Shown: positions 48,125-56,616 of the stretch, piece after piece
Numbering within the stretch: position 1 is the first letter of the stretch
How the letters are laid out: each line of letters opens with the position of its first letter
Made by a program: the position numbers and the translations under genes
Notes under the pieces: generated by a model
Seen by the model: the letters and a program-made list of their open reading frames with translations, nothing else
Told to the model about the DNA's origin: nothing
The model's database searches: none
Source: Candidatus Aenigmatarchaeota archaeon
GTDB taxonomy: Archaea > Aenigmatarchaeota > Aenigmatarchaeia > QMZP01 > QMZT01
Assembly: GCA_026397315.1 (NCBI GenBank)
Contig: JAPLVC010000003.1
Span: forward strand, 41,258 to 105,257
Reading direction: 5' to 3'
Length of the DNA stretch: 64,000 nucleotides

Positions 48125-48649
48125 TTACTTGCCCAAGCTCATTATATCATTAAGATTAAGGCCCTTTATTTCGCCGCTCTTCACCGCTTGCACCATGCGC
48201 TGCTCCAGGCCTTCGTAATTCTGCGAGTCGGTCCTCTGCTTCAGCTCCAGCGCCAGCTCATAGCTGACGTAGACCGTGCGCTGCGGCGTTTCTGACGACT
48301 CGGTTATCTTTCCGCCCTCTATCTTCAAAACCTGGCAGTAGTTGTAGTCCTTGAACACGCAGAACTTTATCGGGTTGCCTATCTTAGCCAGGATGTTAAG
48401 CGAGCTGCCGGCATCGGACGAAGTCAGAGTCTCCAAGAGATTCGATAGCTGCGCGTCGCTTTTCATGTCCTTTTCAGGCAGGTTCGGTGGCGCCTGGTTG
48501 AACATGAAGTTGATCATGTCAGCGAAGCCGATTTTCTCGCCCATGACTTCAGTAATGGGAAAGTTGGTCACGTAAAGCCCGCCGAACACTGCGGTTATAA
48601 CAAGCGGTATTAACAAAACTAGCATGCCGATGCCTTTCATGTTCCCCAC
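48125..48649 (-). CDS. Membrane-anchored hypothetical protein
   Basis: N-terminal TM, 174 aa. Confidence 0.7.
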   Translation of the reverse strand: MGNMKGIGMLVLLIPLVITAVFGGLYVTNFPITEVMGEKIGFADMINFMFNQAPPNLPEKDMKSDAQLSNLLETLTSSDAGSSLNILAKIGNPIKFCVFKDYNYCQVLKIEGGKITESSETPQRTVYVSYELALELKQRTDSQNYEGLEQRMVQAVKSGEIKGLNLNDIMSLGK

Positions 48650-48664
48650 CCCACTACAACGTCT

Positions 48665-48862
48665 CTACCTGCAGCATTTCTTGGCCAGGAGGAAAACGCC
48701 CAGTATGAGGAAAATTATCGTCCAACTGCCCACGCCCGCTATAAAACCGACATCGCGCGCTAGGAACAGCAGACCTATCACCAAAAGGGCAATTCCCAGT
48801 GTGGATCCGTGCGCACCATGACAGCAGCAGTGTCCGTTTTCCTTGCTTTCTTTGTTTGCCAT
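48665..48862 (-). CDS. Small 2-TM protein (LiaF-TM/DUF5668-like)
   Basis: GIALLVIGLLFLARDVG...W..IFLILG. Confidence 0.7.
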   Translation of the reverse strand: MANKESKENGHCCCHGAHGSTLGIALLVIGLLFLARDVGFIAGVGSWTIIFLILGVFLLAKKCCR

Positions 48863-48905
48863 GATATATAGTTGTTTGGAGCCGCTTAAAAACAAGTTCC
48901 ATTTA

Positions 48906-49211
48906 TTAAGTCTCGTTATGTCTTGGCTTTAAGCGGCTTATTATTTTGTCAACTATCAGTGCAATAAAATAAGAGTAGAATGGTATTAGCACCAAACTAA
49001 ACATAAAGCCAGTGCTTCCGAAAAACTCCACTAATATCAAAGGCGGGCTGATCGCATAAGATTGTTTATCACACTTCATTCCCTCTTCTCCACCACCCAC
49101 CGGACTTATCCCATCGTTGCAAAATTCACGTACAGGCAAAAAACATATAACCAACAATGCTAAGAAAACAATCATGCTGATGGTAGATTTGAGCTTGAGG
49201 CTCGTTTTCAT
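48906..49211 (-). CDS. AT-rich 2-TM hypothetical protein
   Basis: Hydrophobic ORF next to the provirus-like region. Confidence 0.55.
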   Translation of the reverse strand: MKTSLKLKSTISMIVFLALLVICFLPVREFCNDGISPVGGGEEGMKCDKQSYAISPPLILVEFFGSTGFMFSLVLIPFYSYFIALIVDKIISRLKPRHNET

Positions 49212-49362
49212 GAATATCAATTGTCAGCTTCACTTAAATAACACATAACACAAGCCCCAGGAGGGCTTCATAACAGGCGCGGAGACTACTTCTGGTGAAA
49301 AACCTGCAGAAAACGCTAAATCCAAGACTCTGGGGCGCACTGAAAGGAAAAACCGACATGCA

Positions 49363-50646
49363 GTGGGAAATGTCAACGGCAAGAAAATCAATGTCAACGG
49401 AAAAAACCGACACACTGCGGGAAATGTCAACGGTCAATGTCAACGGTTGCTCATCAAACTGTTGACAATGCCGTACGCGTCCTTTTCTCTCGCCCCGATC
49501 GGGAAGGAAATGAAAATATCGAGGCAGGTTATGTCCAAGTACAAAAAACGTTTGGCGCATATCGGTTTAATCAAAAGAATCCTGCCGAGCTGGCCCCCGA
49601 TGTACCGGCTTACCGAGAAGGCCAAAAAGCTCAATGTCAACGACTTCTCGTATAGTACGACCACCGTTGACATTGACGAGAAAATCGGCATGGAGGACGT
49701 GTTCATCACAATCCCGATCGCCGACAAAACCGGCTCAAACCTGCCGGAAGGGTTCTGGGAAAAAATAAACCTGAAGCTGAACAACAACGTCCAGAAGCAC
49801 GGCCACGTCAACCTGGGCGACTATACCTGCTCGATCAGGGAGACCTCGAAGAGCGTGATCATCCAGCTGGGCCCGGTCAGGCTGCAGGACTTCAAGGACG
49901 CCATCCCGATCTACAACGAGCTCGTCATGCGCCTGTACCAGCTGCTCATCCAGTACAACTACTTCATCGACCCTTTCAAGGCTCGCTGCTCCGATCCTGA
50001 GTTCACGTATTCGAATGTTGTCACCAGGGAGAACGCCAAGGAAATCACCGAGCCCAGAGTCACGGAGTATCTCGGATTTCCAAGAGAGAAGATGCTCCCG
50101 GGCGATCAGCCGGAAGAGACCTGGGTCAAGGGCGACAACAGCCCGGACACCGGCACGATCGAGTCCAACCACCGGCCGCTCGCCGCGGCCTGGCGCGCAT
50201 TCCCGCTCGCCATTCACCAGCTGCTCCAGCTGCAGACCAGGCAGACCGAGATTATGGGGAAGTACGCGGCCGAGATTGAGGCTCACCTGGACACCTACGC
50301 GAAAGTCAACGTCGCCTTCGAGAAGAACAACGCGCTCACCGCGGACGTCGGCAGGATCGCGCAGGGCTTTACTTCGGCGCTCGATTCTTTCAAACAAGCC
50401 CTGAGTGAGGTCCGGACACCGGCTCCCCAAAAACGCTCTGTAGATACAGTTCTGAGCGACCTGCAGGCCATGCAGCCATGGGAGAGGGTCAGGGTCAGGA
50501 TAATCCAGAACATCAGGGATTTCACGTTTACGGACGAATCCGGAGCGTCCAGGAAGGTCGATCACCTGAAGGCCGGCTCGGAGATATATCTCGCTCGGGA
50601 CCAGGCCATCGACGTGGTGACGTGGAAGGAGGCCGAGCTCGTATGA
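49363..50646 (+). CDS. Putative replication protein: N-terminal wHTH and C-terminal GINS B-domain-like module
   Basis: IGKEMKISRQVMSKYKKRLAHIGLI HTH; C-terminal VRIIQNIRDFTFTD...LKAGSEIYLARDQA..VV..EAELV; repeats at the 5' end. Confidence 0.6.
   Translation: MGNVNGKKINVNGKNRHTAGNVNGQCQRLLIKLLTMPYASFSLAPIGKEMKISRQVMSKYKKRLAHIGLIKRILPSWPPMYRLTEKAKKLNVNDFSYSTTTVDIDEKIGMEDVFITIPIADKTGSNLPEGFWEKINLKLNNNVQKHGHVNLGDYTCSIRETSKSVIIQLGPVRLQDFKDAIPIYNELVMRLYQLLIQYNYFIDPFKARCSDPEFTYSNVVTRENAKEITEPRVTEYLGFPREKMLPGDQPEETWVKGDNSPDTGTIESNHRPLAAAWRAFPLAIHQLLQLQTRQTEIMGKYAAEIEAHLDTYAKVNVAFEKNNALTADVGRIAQGFTSALDSFKQALSEVRTPAPQKRSVDTVLSDLQAMQPWERVRVRIIQNIRDFTFTDESGASRKVDHLKAGSEIYLARDQAIDVVTWKEAELV
49369..49676. 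repeat. Iteron-like AATGTCAACGG repeats
   Basis: Direct copies at 49369, 49390, 49423, 49436; near-copy at 49633; inverted copy at 49664-49674. Confidence 0.85.
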
Positions 50647-50921
50647 CGGAAACACCAAAGGCGAAGATTTTGAAAATATGGAATAAAACATACTGCCCGA
50701 AGTGCGAGGGAAAATTCAGTGTTGATTGGTCCTGCTCAGATTGGGATGCTCATCACGACAAGCTGGCCGGCATCGCCATCTCCGAAATCCTATCAGCAGC
50801 CAGGAAAGTTGTCGAAGACGAAAGAGCCAGCCATTCGAAGGCCTGCAATAAACACTGCGATCTGCCGTTCTGGGACATCTTAGAAAAACTCGAAGCCCTG
50901 AAGGAGCCCGTGAAAAAATGA
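50643..50921 (+). CDS. Proviral Zn-binding hypothetical protein
   Basis: ATGA-coupled; CPKC. Confidence 0.65.
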   Translation: MTETPKAKILKIWNKTYCPKCEGKFSVDWSCSDWDAHHDKLAGIAISEILSAARKVVEDERASHSKACNKHCDLPFWDILEKLEALKEPVKK

Positions 50922-51115
50922 AGTACGTGCCGCACATCCCGTTCGACCGGAAGCTGGTCCGGAAGTGTTCGAACGTCACCGGCACGGACCCGAAGATAAT
51001 CATGAAGAACGTCGAGGCGATCCTCGAGGCCATCGGCGGAAAAAAGGAGAGCGACCTGCTCTTCACGTCCTGGGGAGTCCGGAGCAACAAGGAAATGGAG
51101 GCCGGAAAATGCTGA
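50918..51115 (+). CDS. Proviral hypothetical protein
   Basis: ATGA-coupled 65-aa ORF. Confidence 0.6.
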   Translation: MKYVPHIPFDRKLVRKCSNVTGTDPKIIMKNVEAILEAIGGKKESDLLFTSWGVRSNKEMEAGKC

Positions 51116-51264
51116 CAAGCGGGAAATTGCTATTTCCCGACTGTAAAGCCGGGTTTCAAGCGACAGATGCCGGTTTTCATCTGATGGAAGACCTGCCAGA
51201 AAGCATCCTGGAAGAAATTAATAGTAACTGAATATTCAGACGAATATTAAGGAGTTGATGACGC

Positions 51265-52038
51265 ATGGAAGCCAGAGAGATTGAAAAATACCCGAAGCAG
51301 ATCCTGGTCACTGTCGAGAACAGCGATGAGCTCGAGAAGCTGACCGAATTGTGCGACGGGTCGCTTGAGCACGTCGAGGCCGAGATTGCATTTCCAAACG
51401 GCAAAGAGATAGAAGTCCCTTCCCCGGCGCCTCCCGAGAAAGAGAAGCGGCACTACAAAAAGCGCGAGCCGAAAAAGCCCGAGCAGGAACTCGTCGGCGT
51501 GAAGCTGCGGAACAAGGACAGGAAAAAGCTGCCCATCGCCGCGGCCGCGAAGCGTGAGCGCATAGAGAGGGCCAAGGAGCTCGTGCGCAACGGCATGGAG
51601 CCGCTCAAGGCATACAAGAAGGTTTGGGGAGAAGGCCGCGTGAGCGGAAGGGTCCTGGGCGAACTCAACAAGGAAACCGGAAAAGAAGGGAGGCCGCCCG
51701 AGGAGACGGCCTCCACGGTTGCGACACCCAGACACATGACCAGGAAAGAGAGGGACGTCCGCAAAGAGAAAAAGAACGGAAAGACTGCTGACGCATTCAA
51801 GATCGCGGCCGGCTTCCTCGAGGATAAGAAAGGAAACGCGGACGGATTCGCGTTAGGATCCCTGCAGGAGCATCTTCAGATGAATGGAATTCCAGATTAC
51901 GAGATTGGAAAGATATCGTCAGCCATGACCGACGCGGGAAGCGATTTCATGAGAATGTTGTGGCACGATCACAGCGTCAAAATATCTACATTCAGAGGAG
52001 AGAACGGCAAGATGTTTTTGGCCGAGGAAGCATCATGA
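51265..52038 (+). CDS. Proviral charged, Lys-rich hypothetical protein
   Basis: 257-aa ORF with AGGAG SD. Confidence 0.8.
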   Translation: MEAREIEKYPKQILVTVENSDELEKLTELCDGSLEHVEAEIAFPNGKEIEVPSPAPPEKEKRHYKKREPKKPEQELVGVKLRNKDRKKLPIAAAAKRERIERAKELVRNGMEPLKAYKKVWGEGRVSGRVLGELNKETGKEGRPPEETASTVATPRHMTRKERDVRKEKKNGKTADAFKIAAGFLEDKKGNADGFALGSLQEHLQMNGIPDYEIGKISSAMTDAGSDFMRMLWHDHSVKISTFRGENGKMFLAEEAS

Positions 52039-52184
52039 AAAGACTCAACATCGAATTCCTACCTCTCAATACATCGAAGTGGAAATGCAGGAGATGCGGC
52101 TGCACCGACGACAAGCCATGCAGGGACGTCTACGGAAAGCCCTGCAGCTGGGTGAAGCCCGATCTCTGCTCGGAGTGTGCCTAA
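52035..52184 (+). CDS. Small Cys-rich Zn-finger protein
   Basis: CRRCGCTDDKPC...CSWV...LCSEC. Confidence 0.7.
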   Translation: MKRLNIEFLPLNTSKWKCRRCGCTDDKPCRDVYGKPCSWVKPDLCSECA

Positions 52185-52187
52185 ATT

Positions 52188-52448
52188 ATGCAGAAAGGAA
52201 GATGCGCGATGTGCGGACAGCAGGGAGTGATCGCCTGGTCCACGAGTGACGAGAAGGCAGGGAAGCTCAGCGGACAGCCCATCCTGATCAGCCACGGAAA
52301 GGAGTATCACTGCCTCGGCTGCGCGTCGGAGCACTGCAGGGAATGTTTTCTCAAGTCCGGAAGGTCGTACGGCGACCTCCGGGATTTATTGGTTTTGTCA
52401 CCCCTTAAGGCCCGGGCGTCTTTCAGGAGCGGAGGTCTGCCATCATGA
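52188..52448 (+). CDS. Zn-finger protein
   Basis: CAMC, CLGC, CREC. Confidence 0.65.
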   Translation: MQKGRCAMCGQQGVIAWSTSDEKAGKLSGQPILISHGKEYHCLGCASEHCRECFLKSGRSYGDLRDLLVLSPLKARASFRSGGLPS

Positions 52449-52606
52449 AGCTCCAGGAGACGAAAACGGGCCAGCTGACCGTGACAATACCTCGGCCGCT
52501 GGCCCGGGCCATGGGCCTGAAGAAAGGCGACGAGCTGCAGGTCGCAATCAACCAGCGCGGAAACCTGGAGATATCGAAATTGAAAAATCAGGAGAAGACT
52601 GAATAA
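52445..52606 (+). CDS. AbrB/SpoVT-family regulator
   Basis: Manual translation MKLQETKTGQLTVTIPRPLARAMGLKKGDEL. Confidence 0.85.
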   Translation: MKLQETKTGQLTVTIPRPLARAMGLKKGDELQVAINQRGNLEISKLKNQEKTE

Positions 52607-52683
52607 CATGAATCTTAACTATTGCCCATTGTGCGACTGCCATTACAGAAAAAAGCACAGGCATGTTTGAGGAGATGGTTTGA

Positions 52684-53085
52684 ATGAGAGTAATAGTCAT
52701 TTGCAGCGAGAAGGAACTGAATCAGATGGAAATTATTCAGAGCGAGTTCAACGGAGTAATGCATAATTTCGTCAAGCGTGGCTTCAGCGGAAGGATAACG
52801 ATTGAGAAGGCCGAACATCAGGACGTCCGAGATGCGGTTGAGGCGGAACTGGAAAACGCAAAAAAGAAATTTCCTTACTGGCCGGTCTGTGCTGTTCAGG
52901 CTGCCGCTGTCCCTTGTGAAGAGGCTGGCGAACTTCTTCAGGCATCCCTTGAATTCACGTTTGAAAACGGCAACAAGGAAGCCATGCGAAAGGAAGCGCT
53001 GCACACTGCGGCCATGGCGATCAGATTTCTCGAGAGGTTTGAGACTATAAAGAAAATTCCACCGAAGTCTATGGAGGACTCATGA
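52684..53085 (+). CDS. Phage-type MazG-like protein
   Basis: EEAGELLQA...RKEALHTAAMAIRFL. Confidence 0.65.
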   Translation: MRVIVICSEKELNQMEIIQSEFNGVMHNFVKRGFSGRITIEKAEHQDVRDAVEAELENAKKKFPYWPVCAVQAAAVPCEEAGELLQASLEFTFENGNKEAMRKEALHTAAMAIRFLERFETIKKIPPKSMEDS

Positions 53086-53243
53086 AGCCCCAACCAAAAC
53101 CAGCCTTCGAATACCAGGAAGACGTCAAGGATTTCACGGGCCTCATATTTCACTGCCCGGGCTGCGACGCCTGCTTCCACCTGCACATCGCGAAGGTCGA
53201 GCTGCTGCCGCTGCCAAAAACCAAAGTGAGGAATCGACTATGA
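53082..53243 (+). CDS. Small hypothetical protein with CxxC
   Basis: ATGA-coupled at both ends; HCPGCDAC. Confidence 0.55.
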   Translation: MKPQPKPAFEYQEDVKDFTGLIFHCPGCDACFHLHIAKVELLPLPKTKVRNRL

Positions 53244-53497
53244 AAAAAAAGGGTACAAATAAAAAAATTAGAACGGTCCTGGACATCGCAATGTTTGCCG
53301 TGAAATTTATTATAACCATGTCTTTATGGTTGTTGCTGGTTGCTGCATATAATCATGTCTGCGGAATTTACTGTGCAGCAGATCCTCCGATCTGCCCATG
53401 GATACGAGGCGTAATTTTTGCATACTGGCCGCTCGTAATATTGTTTATTTTTCGATACGCATTAAAGGATGACCATGAAATCAAAACCAAAAAGTAA
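53240..53497 (+). CDS. 2-TM membrane protein
   Basis: Hydrophobic ORF. Confidence 0.6.
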   Translation: MKKKGTNKKIRTVLDIAMFAVKFIITMSLWLLLVAAYNHVCGIYCAADPPICPWIRGVIFAYWPLVILFIFRYALKDDHEIKTKK

Positions 53498-54011
53498 GGC
53501 CCAGAAAATCGCCCTGGCGGCTGGCGCGATCCTCGGGGTCGTTCTGCTGGTTGCCCTGGCGTCGATGACGTTCCAGGAATATTCTCTCGTCCAAGTCGTG
53601 CTCCTGGTATCTTTCGTCGCGCTCGCCGTGCAGGACGCCAGGACCGGGAAGGTCAACATTCTCGTCCTGGTTCTCATGGCCGTCCTCGAGTGGATATTTC
53701 ACCAGTACATTTTCATGCAGGTATTTTTCATGCCTTTCATGGTCCTCACTGCGATCTGGGGAATTGTTTATTTCATACAGAGAAAAGCCGTTTTTAAAAA
53801 CCGCCTGCCTTTCGGCTTCGGCGACGTCGTCGCTGTCCCTCTCGCGATGACGCTGGCAGCCATACTCGCCGGCTTCTGGGGTCTCGTCCTTTTCGGAGCA
53901 TTGACAGCCCTGGTGATATTGCCGGCCGTCCTGAAAAGGAAAACCCTGAGGCTGGTCCCCTGGCTGCTCCCGGGCGTCCTGGCTGCTTTTGCCCTGGGAT
54001 TTTTTCTATAA
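53469..54011 (+). CDS. Prepilin peptidase (A24)-like GxGD intramembrane aspartic protease
   Basis: AVQDARTGKV, FGFGDV, RLVPWL; multi-TM. Confidence 0.65.
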   Translation: MTMKSKPKSKAQKIALAAGAILGVVLLVALASMTFQEYSLVQVVLLVSFVALAVQDARTGKVNILVLVLMAVLEWIFHQYIFMQVFFMPFMVLTAIWGIVYFIQRKAVFKNRLPFGFGDVVAVPLAMTLAAILAGFWGLVLFGALTALVILPAVLKRKTLRLVPWLLPGVLAAFALGFFL

Positions 54012-54040
54012 GATTTTTCACTTCTAAAATAAACAGCATC

Positions 54041-54133
54041 GGTCGAGATACTGACGAGCTCGTGCACGTCGCCGGCACCAGGCCTGCAGGATTCCGCAGC
54101 TGCTCCGCCGGCAACGCTCAGGAAGACCCGACC
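54041..54133 (-). ncRNA. Candidate structured ncRNA or DNA hairpin
   Basis: Minus-strand pairings GGTCGGG/CTCGACC, CTGA/TCAG, GCGTTGCCGGC/GCCGGCGACGT, CTGC/GCAG; G-U pairs favour this strand. Confidence 0.45.
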
Positions 54134-54259
54134 TTTACCTGTTTACAAAAGTCACTAAAAGTTACTTAAAGTAACCGATAAAAAAATATTCATGTCCCTT
54201 GAGAAAAGTAAAAACTGCGATGCAACGGATTGACCAGGGGGACGGCCTCCCGGCATCAT

Positions 54260-55171
54260 TCACAACTTTCGATGAGCTGTTTTAGAGTCCTTCGAGATGT
54301 TTTCCATGATATCCCTGGTAGTATTAAGGTCCCTTTCCCGGTCCATGTACTGGGTATATTTCAGAGTCGTCTCGATCTTCTCGTGTCCCAGCATCCTCTG
54401 GACCAGCTGCAGATTACCTCCGGTCTTCTCGAGGAGCTTTGTCGCGAACACGCGACGGAAGTCATGCGATCCCGTGGACCTGCCCAGGACGGCCTCGCAT
54501 GTTATTTTAAGTTTACGGTTGAAGATGTCGACTTTGCTCTCGAGGCTCGCCTTCGAGTTCGGCCAGAATATCGTCTCGTTGTCCAGGATGCCGTCGGCTT
54601 TCGCGGCCTTCTGCAGCTCCGCGCAGAAATCGAGCGGCAGTTTTGTGGGCCTTGGCTTTTTCTGCAGCCTGCCTTTTCCGTAAAGAATTACCCTGCCGGT
54701 CTTGAAGTCCACGTCTCTGAGCTTCACGCCCAGAGCCTCGTGTACCCTGCAGCCGGTGGCGAACATGAAACGCGCGATCCTCTGCTCCTCGCGCTCGAGC
54801 TTTTCAATTACCTGATAGACCTCATCGACCGTCGGGATCTCCCGGGGTTTCGCCGGAGGCTCCTTGACAGCCGGCAGCTTGGCGATCCACACCACGGCCT
54901 GGTCCTCCCCCAGGACTTTTTCATGCTCGAGAAACTCTAGGAACTTGACGATCGCCGCCCGGACATATACCCGGTTCTTTCTCTTTATCATTCTAATGGA
55001 GTCGTCCATGGAAAACAAAAGCCGGTTTCCCAGCAGCGATTTGACAACAGCCAGGTACTTCCTGGAAGTCGCCGGGCCTACCGGCGCGAGATCCGTGAGG
55101 AAACCTTCGAATTTTTTTGCCCAACCCGGGCCGAGCAGTCGGGAAATGTCTCTTTCTCGATTCTCTGACAT
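54260..55171 (-). CDS. Tyrosine recombinase/integrase
   Basis: TGCR, GKG, HDFR, LGH, terminal Y; catalytic set intact. Confidence 0.95.
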   Translation of the reverse strand: MSENRERDISRLLGPGWAKKFEGFLTDLAPVGPATSRKYLAVVKSLLGNRLLFSMDDSIRMIKRKNRVYVRAAIVKFLEFLEHEKVLGEDQAVVWIAKLPAVKEPPAKPREIPTVDEVYQVIEKLEREEQRIARFMFATGCRVHEALGVKLRDVDFKTGRVILYGKGRLQKKPRPTKLPLDFCAELQKAAKADGILDNETIFWPNSKASLESKVDIFNRKLKITCEAVLGRSTGSHDFRRVFATKLLEKTGGNLQLVQRMLGHEKIETTLKYTQYMDRERDLNTTRDIMENISKDSKTAHRKL

Positions 55172-55188
55172 GTTTAACGCTTGAATGT

Positions 55189-55208
55189 AGGAACTTTATA
55201 AAGGTCCT
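55189..55208. promoter_or_regulatory. Palindromic bidirectional TATA element
   Basis: AGGAACTTTATAAAGGTCCT; the TATA core is about 23 nt from both ATG 55171 (-) and ATG 55225 (+). Confidence 0.65.
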
Positions 55209-55224
55209 GATTCGAACCTCAATC

Positions 55225-55518
55225 ATGTTAGTTGTTTTCTTTCTGATATTCATTGCGGGGGCCGTGGGGACATTGTACTTCGGTTTTTTTCAGAAGGAAA
55301 GGCGCTGGCTATTGACAATGATATCAACCGTTCTCTGGGCCGTGCTCGCCTTCCAGGCCTTTAAGATAGAGGTCCCGTCCGGTGGCGTGACGCTCGTGTT
55401 CCAGGAAATAATCGTTGTGCTGTTCTGCTGGTTCATGACGTTCGTCGGTGCGGTCATCACGGGGATAGGCATCCTGGACACACTGAAGACCAACAAGCAG
55501 GAGGCGCAGCATGGCTGA
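55225..55518 (+). CDS. 3-TM proviral membrane protein
   Basis: Hydrophobic; first gene of the putative structural operon. Confidence 0.75.
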   Translation: MLVVFFLIFIAGAVGTLYFGFFQKERRWLLTMISTVLWAVLAFQAFKIEVPSGGVTLVFQEIIVVLFCWFMTFVGAVITGIGILDTLKTNKQEAQHG

Positions 55519-56011
55519 CAGCGGCCAGGCCCAGCCCGTGACCTACCAGATGGTCACGCTAACGTCGCAGCTGGCCGAGACCATCATCAAGGACGACAGC
55601 CCTCAGACCGTCATGAGCGAGATCTGGGAGTTCATGAACACGGAGCTCATGACCGCGAACCTGACTTACATCGACTTCCAGAACATAATGGACTTCGTTG
55701 ACCTGCGCTTCGCCAACATGCTGCTCGGCATCCCTGAGGACCTGTGGAACGACGTCTCAATCAAGGAGACTGTCTGGGACAAGGACGAGAACGGCAAGCT
55801 ATTCATGGCAGTCACGAAGGTCTACAACATAGTCGAACTCTGGGACAACGTCCGGGCGAAGGTTTACATCAAGTGCTGCAACTCTAGGGACGGCCATCTT
55901 CTCAAGGCCCTCACCACTCAGAGGTCTGAGACCAAGGGTTTCTATGAGGAAAGGGGAACGCAGAACCCGCTCGCCGGCGAGCAGCAGAAATCGAGATGGA
56001 GGCTGATATAA
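55511..56011 (+). CDS. Proviral hypothetical protein
   Basis: 166 aa, GGAGG SD. Confidence 0.8.
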   Translation: MADSGQAQPVTYQMVTLTSQLAETIIKDDSPQTVMSEIWEFMNTELMTANLTYIDFQNIMDFVDLRFANMLLGIPEDLWNDVSIKETVWDKDENGKLFMAVTKVYNIVELWDNVRAKVYIKCCNSRDGHLLKALTTQRSETKGFYEERGTQNPLAGEQQKSRWRLI

Positions 56012-56616
56012 TGGCAGAGCTGGATTTCCTGGCGAGCATCAACATCTGGATGTGGATAACCTTTATCGTCGTCGCGGTGTTCTCGGTACTGTTCGTCATC
56101 GTCATCATGTATTTCATTCTTCCCATGCGTTCCAGCCCTGCGAAGCACTTCGTCAAGGCCAAGAGGGAGAACAGGCCGGTCTTCTTCCTGGACGCGGGAA
56201 AATATTTCCGCTGCGTGGTCGGCAAGGACAAGAACAACGAAGGCCCCGCGGACATCTACCGCAGCGCCAAGGGCCGCGACTATATCAAGGGCGGCCTGGG
56301 GCTGAAATATTGTGAAGGCGTTCTCGTGGGAGTAGCCGAGGATTTCCGTTCGCTGACCACGAACATCGGGGTCATCGATCTGATGGAGATGATAGTCGCC
56401 AAGAAATGGGATCCGGAAGAGGCCAAGAAAAAGCTCGATGAAATTTCAAAGCATCTGAAGGAAGACCTCGGCATCAAGGACGAGTTCATGGACCTCGACG
56501 AAAAAAATAAAGCCGCCCTGAAAGAGGTCACGGAAAAATTCGACGCCCTCAGGGAGAAAATCCTGAAGGAGCATGCGGTCAAGGCCGTGGAGAAAACGGA
56601 GGAAGACCATGACTGA
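56011..56616 (+). CDS. N-terminally anchored proviral membrane protein
   Basis: TM followed by soluble, coiled-coil region; TAATG coupling. Confidence 0.8.
   Translation: MAELDFLASINIWMWITFIVVAVFSVLFVIVIMYFILPMRSSPAKHFVKAKRENRPVFFLDAGKYFRCVVGKDKNNEGPADIYRSAKGRDYIKGGLGLKYCEGVLVGVAEDFRSLTTNIGVIDLMEMIVAKKWDPEEAKKKLDEISKHLKEDLGIKDEFMDLDEKNKAALKEVTEKFDALREKILKEHAVKAVEKTEEDHD

Noticed and set aside
48860-49360. Left attachment site of the provirus
   Set aside because: No tRNA remnant or dif-like palindrome is recognisable, and a direct repeat cannot be tested without the right end.
49369-49446. AATGTCAACGG repeats as a mini-CRISPR array
   Set aside because: The repeats are only 11 bp with irregular 2-22 nt spacing.
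54051-54125. CTGACGAG resembles a hammerhead ribozyme core
   Set aside because: No appropriately placed GAAA strand or three-stem junction, and pairing favours the opposite strand.
55207-55221. GAGGTTCGAATC on the minus strand as a tRNA-derived att site near the integrase
   Set aside because: The T-stem does not close and no acceptor strand follows.
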